The translations under genes were made by a program, and so were the position numbers. From positions 1 through 60,484 of the IMG/VR virus record IMGVR_UViG_3300032213_001151: a DNA stretch of 60,484 bases; one strand, written 5' to 3'. The notes under the pieces were generated by a model. It saw only the letters and a list, made by a program, of their open reading frames with translations. It searched no databases and was not told the origin of the DNA. This DNA is from a virus. Its lineage: Duplodnaviria > Caudoviricetes. Below are positions 58,574 through 60,484 of this stretch, one piece after another (within the stretch, counting starts at the first letter, position 1; the number at the start of each line of letters is the position of its first letter).

Positions 58574-58783
58574 TTATTTTTCAACTTTTTTTTCATCGCT
58601 GTGAATCCTTACTGCGAGGACGGTTACGTTCTTTGCTGACACCTGACCCCACCCCGCTGAACCTTTGCGTATGTAGAACAGTCTGCCATCATGGCTAAGG
58701 CTTGCCCACTGCTCATATAGATGCAGTGGGAGCCTTGCTATTGGCTTGTCTATCCTTATCAGGTACACGTTTGTCTTTATCAT
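58574..58783 (-). CDS. Hypothetical protein
   Basis: 69 aa, coupled to the upstream gene. Confidence 0.6.
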   Translation of the reverse strand: MIKTNVYLIRIDKPIARLPLHLYEQWASLSHDGRLFYIRKGSAGWGQVSAKNVTVLAVRIHSDEKKVEK

Positions 58784-59061
58784 CTGCCACCCCCCTGCAA
58801 TAAGGTCTTGAACCCATTGTACACGTTGCGTTTGTACGCCTGACTTTGGTAGTCAAATTTGTTCGACATCAGTATGCTCGTGATGCTGCAAAATCTTATC
58901 TCAATTTGATGCAGCACCTCTTCGAAGGTCTTGCCGTCCATGAGATTCTTAATCACCTCATCACGTGTGCTCACGATAGGGTTGTCGAATGTGCCGTTGG
59001 CTTTTGCGTTGATGTGCGCATCAGCAATGGCTTTTACTTGTTTTGAAATGCGTGTTGTCAT
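58780..59061 (-). CDS. Hypothetical protein
   Basis: 93 aa, directly after hammerhead A. Confidence 0.7.
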   Translation of the reverse strand: MTTRISKQVKAIADAHINAKANGTFDNPIVSTRDEVIKNLMDGKTFEEVLHQIEIRFCSITSILMSNKFDYQSQAYKRNVYNGFKTLLQGGGR

Positions 59062-59086
59062 ATCTGTTTTTTGTTATTGGTTGTTT

Positions 59087-59135
59087 GTGTTTCGTCCTTT
59101 CGGACTCATCAGCCTGAGCACTCACTCAGGGACAC
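59087..59135 (-). ncRNA. Type III hammerhead ribozyme A
   Basis: GUGUC^CCUGAG-UGAGUG-CUCAGG-CUGAUGA-GUCC-GAAA-GGAC-GAA-ACAC. Confidence 0.95.
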
Positions 59136-59141
59136 GGGGCA

Positions 59142-59157
59142 GTGTCTTTGAAGACAC
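59142..59157. repeat. 16-bp palindrome site 14 (GTGTCTTTGAAGACAC)
   Basis: Apex of a GGGGUG...UGCCCC hairpin abutting hammerhead A. Confidence 0.95.
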
Positions 59158-59183
59158 CACCCCTACTCACTACCACATGAGTA

Positions 59184-59501
59184 TTATCTTTCAGGGAACA
59201 CGTGTGCCCATATTGAGTTGTCACTTACCCACTCATCAGCAGGAACGCGTGGTGCAAGCCAATTCAGTGCGTCAATTATCACCTGACTTGTTGTCGGGTC
59301 ACCCTCCCAATCGTTCATGTAGGTCTTGTCCTCAGACAGTTCGTCCCATATGTAGTTGTTCAGGTCGCAGTCATTGAGATTGCGTTGGTAGTACGTGGTG
59401 ATGTAGTGTTCACCGTTGTGGTGTAGGCTCGCTACTCCACCGTCTTCGGTAATGATGTCCAATGACTCATCAACTTGGCTTTGGATTACTCTGTATTTCA
59501 T
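59184..59501 (-). CDS. Acidic hypothetical protein
   Basis: 105 aa between the hammerheads. Confidence 0.7.
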   Translation of the reverse strand: MKYRVIQSQVDESLDIITEDGGVASLHHNGEHYITTYYQRNLNDCDLNNYIWDELSEDKTYMNDWEGDPTTSQVIIDALNWLAPRVPADEWVSDNSIWAHVFPER

Positions 59502-59701
59502 GCTGTTAGGTATGGTGTTGGGTTAATGTTGTAGGTCTTGCATAGGTTAACGATAACAGATGCTTGTTGTGTGTAGATGACAGCGTCAAACCTTTCGGCA
59601 GCCACTTCTATCCATTTTTGTGCGGTCTCATAGGTGTTGAACATCTTGATGTGAATCGTGTCCTCGTCTTGGTCAACGCAGGCGGTCCAATGTGTTGTCA
59701 T
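59498..59701 (-). CDS. Hypothetical protein
   Basis: 67 aa between the hammerheads. Confidence 0.7.
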   Translation of the reverse strand: MTTHWTACVDQDEDTIHIKMFNTYETAQKWIEVAAERFDAVIYTQQASVIVNLCKTYNINPTPYLTA

Positions 59702-59732
59702 ATTTGTGTGTTGTTTGTTGGTTTAGTCGGTT

Positions 59733-59783
59733 GCTGTTTCGTCCTTTTGGACTCGTCAGGGACAGTGCTCACTGTCCGACAGC
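59733..59783 (-). ncRNA. Type III hammerhead ribozyme B
   Basis: GCUGUC^GGACAG-UGAGCA-CUGUCC-CUGACGA-GUCC-AAAA-GGAC-GAA-ACAGC. Confidence 0.95.
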
Positions 59784-59791
59784 GGGGGGAA

Positions 59792-59807
59792 GTGTCCTTG
59801 AAGACAC
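59792..59807. repeat. 16-bp palindrome site 15 (GTGTCCTTGAAGACAC)
   Basis: Apex of a G/C-rich hairpin abutting hammerhead B. Confidence 0.95.
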
Positions 59808-59822
59808 CCCCACCCCCTTGGT

Positions 59823-60484
59823 TTAAAATGGTGTTTCTCTGTCGTGGTTGTAGTGCCCCACCACTCGACCCCCCGTTACCTGCACTGTGTGCATCTCAGG
59901 GTGTCTGAAGTTCGGGTCAAGGAAGTGCGCCACCTCTTCGTCAATTTTCCCGTCCATTATGAACTTGCGATAGTGGCGTGCCTTCTGTAGCTTCTCTTCA
60001 GTCTTGGCTACATCACCCCCGTACATCGATAGAACTATAGGTCTGATGTGGGCAAGGAACTTCTCGTGTGTTACACCTGACACGTTGAATGCGAAGTCAA
60101 GCATGGCATAGAATAGCTCGTATCTGCGCATGGTTTGCTTCACTGACTCAAACTTGCTTGGGATACGGAACTCAACCACATACTCATTGTAGCCCACCTG
60201 CTTTAGAAGTGCCATTTTGTACCTGCTGCCACCTCTGTTGTTCGGTCCGTCAAAGTGGCTTCTCTCGGTCTCAGGCTGCATACGCAAGTTCCCGTTGCAG
60301 TACCCGTTTGAGATGCGACTCTCGTACAGGGCAAGTAGAATCCCACTCAGCGGACGCAAAGCCTTGCGTATCTCGTCACTTGTCTTGCCCTTTACGCCTA
60401 CAGTCACGTGACCCCCACAGCGTCTGTCAGCAGGGCTGTAGCGTGAGTCAATTATCTTCTCAGCCTGCACGAACAAGTCATAGA
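59823..60484 (-). CDS. Putative amidoligase, 3' part (begins at 475)
   Basis: CGGHV, SRY and VVEFR motifs of the COOH-NH2 ligase fold. Confidence 0.75.
   Translation of the reverse strand, partial: YDLFVQAEKIIDSRYSPADRRCGGHVTVGVKGKTSDEIRKALRPLSGILLALYESRISNGYCNGNLRMQPETERSHFDGPNNRGGSRYKMALLKQVGYNEYVVEFRIPSKFESVKQTMRRYELFYAMLDFAFNVSGVTHEKFLAHIRPIVLSMYGGDVAKTEEKLQKARHYRKFIMDGKIDEEVAHFLDPNFRHPEMHTVQVTGGRVVGHYNHDRETPF
60362..60484. repeat. Terminal direct repeat, copy 2
   Basis: Identical to 1-123. Confidence 0.95.

Noticed and set aside
503-59807. 16-bp repeats as a CRISPR array or integron attC sites
   Set aside because: Spacing is kilobases and irregular, many copies are inside core genes, and no cas or integrase gene was seen
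60362-60484. 123-bp terminal repeat as a biological DTR
   Set aside because: It falls in the middle of an in-frame gene, which is best explained as circular-assembly overlap
1-60484. Alternative genetic code
   Set aside because: Long conserved genes are uninterrupted under the standard code, and all three stops end genes

Overview
The window is an apparently complete, circularly assembled ~60.36 kb genome of a tailed dsDNA phage with podovirus-type gene content. Bases 60362-60484 repeat bases 1-123, and one gene runs through that join. TAnnTTTG promoters and A-rich starts without Shine-Dalgarno sites point to a Bacteroidota host. The + strand (1.8-44.4 kb) encodes GroEL/GroES, small Lys-rich proteins, tail fibre, lysis genes, terminase, portal, scaffold, capsid, tail proteins and three ejection-type proteins, one of 3520 aa. 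The - strand (44.4-60.4 kb plus 1-1.2 kb) encodes nucleases, an SF2 helicase, a primase-helicase, SSB, a RecE-like exonuclease, Sak, a GATase-GGCT fusion, an amidoligase and many small early genes. No integrase or DNA polymerase was recognised. The strongest unexplained signals are non-coding or hidden. (1) A 16-bp degenerate palindrome, GTGTCYTYRARGACAC, occurs at least 15 times genome-wide, 7 of them inside genes in different reading frames. (2) Two complete type III hammerhead ribozymes each lie directly behind one of these palindromes. (3) A tRNA-like RNA and a 44-nt CCA-ended minihelix, each next to a palindrome, bracket the GATase-GGCT gene. (4) A ~180-nt highly structured intergenic RNA candidate lies at 51.2 kb. 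(5) The giant gene contains nested out-of-frame ORFs and an A10 slippery site. All calls were made by eye; no database searches were run.
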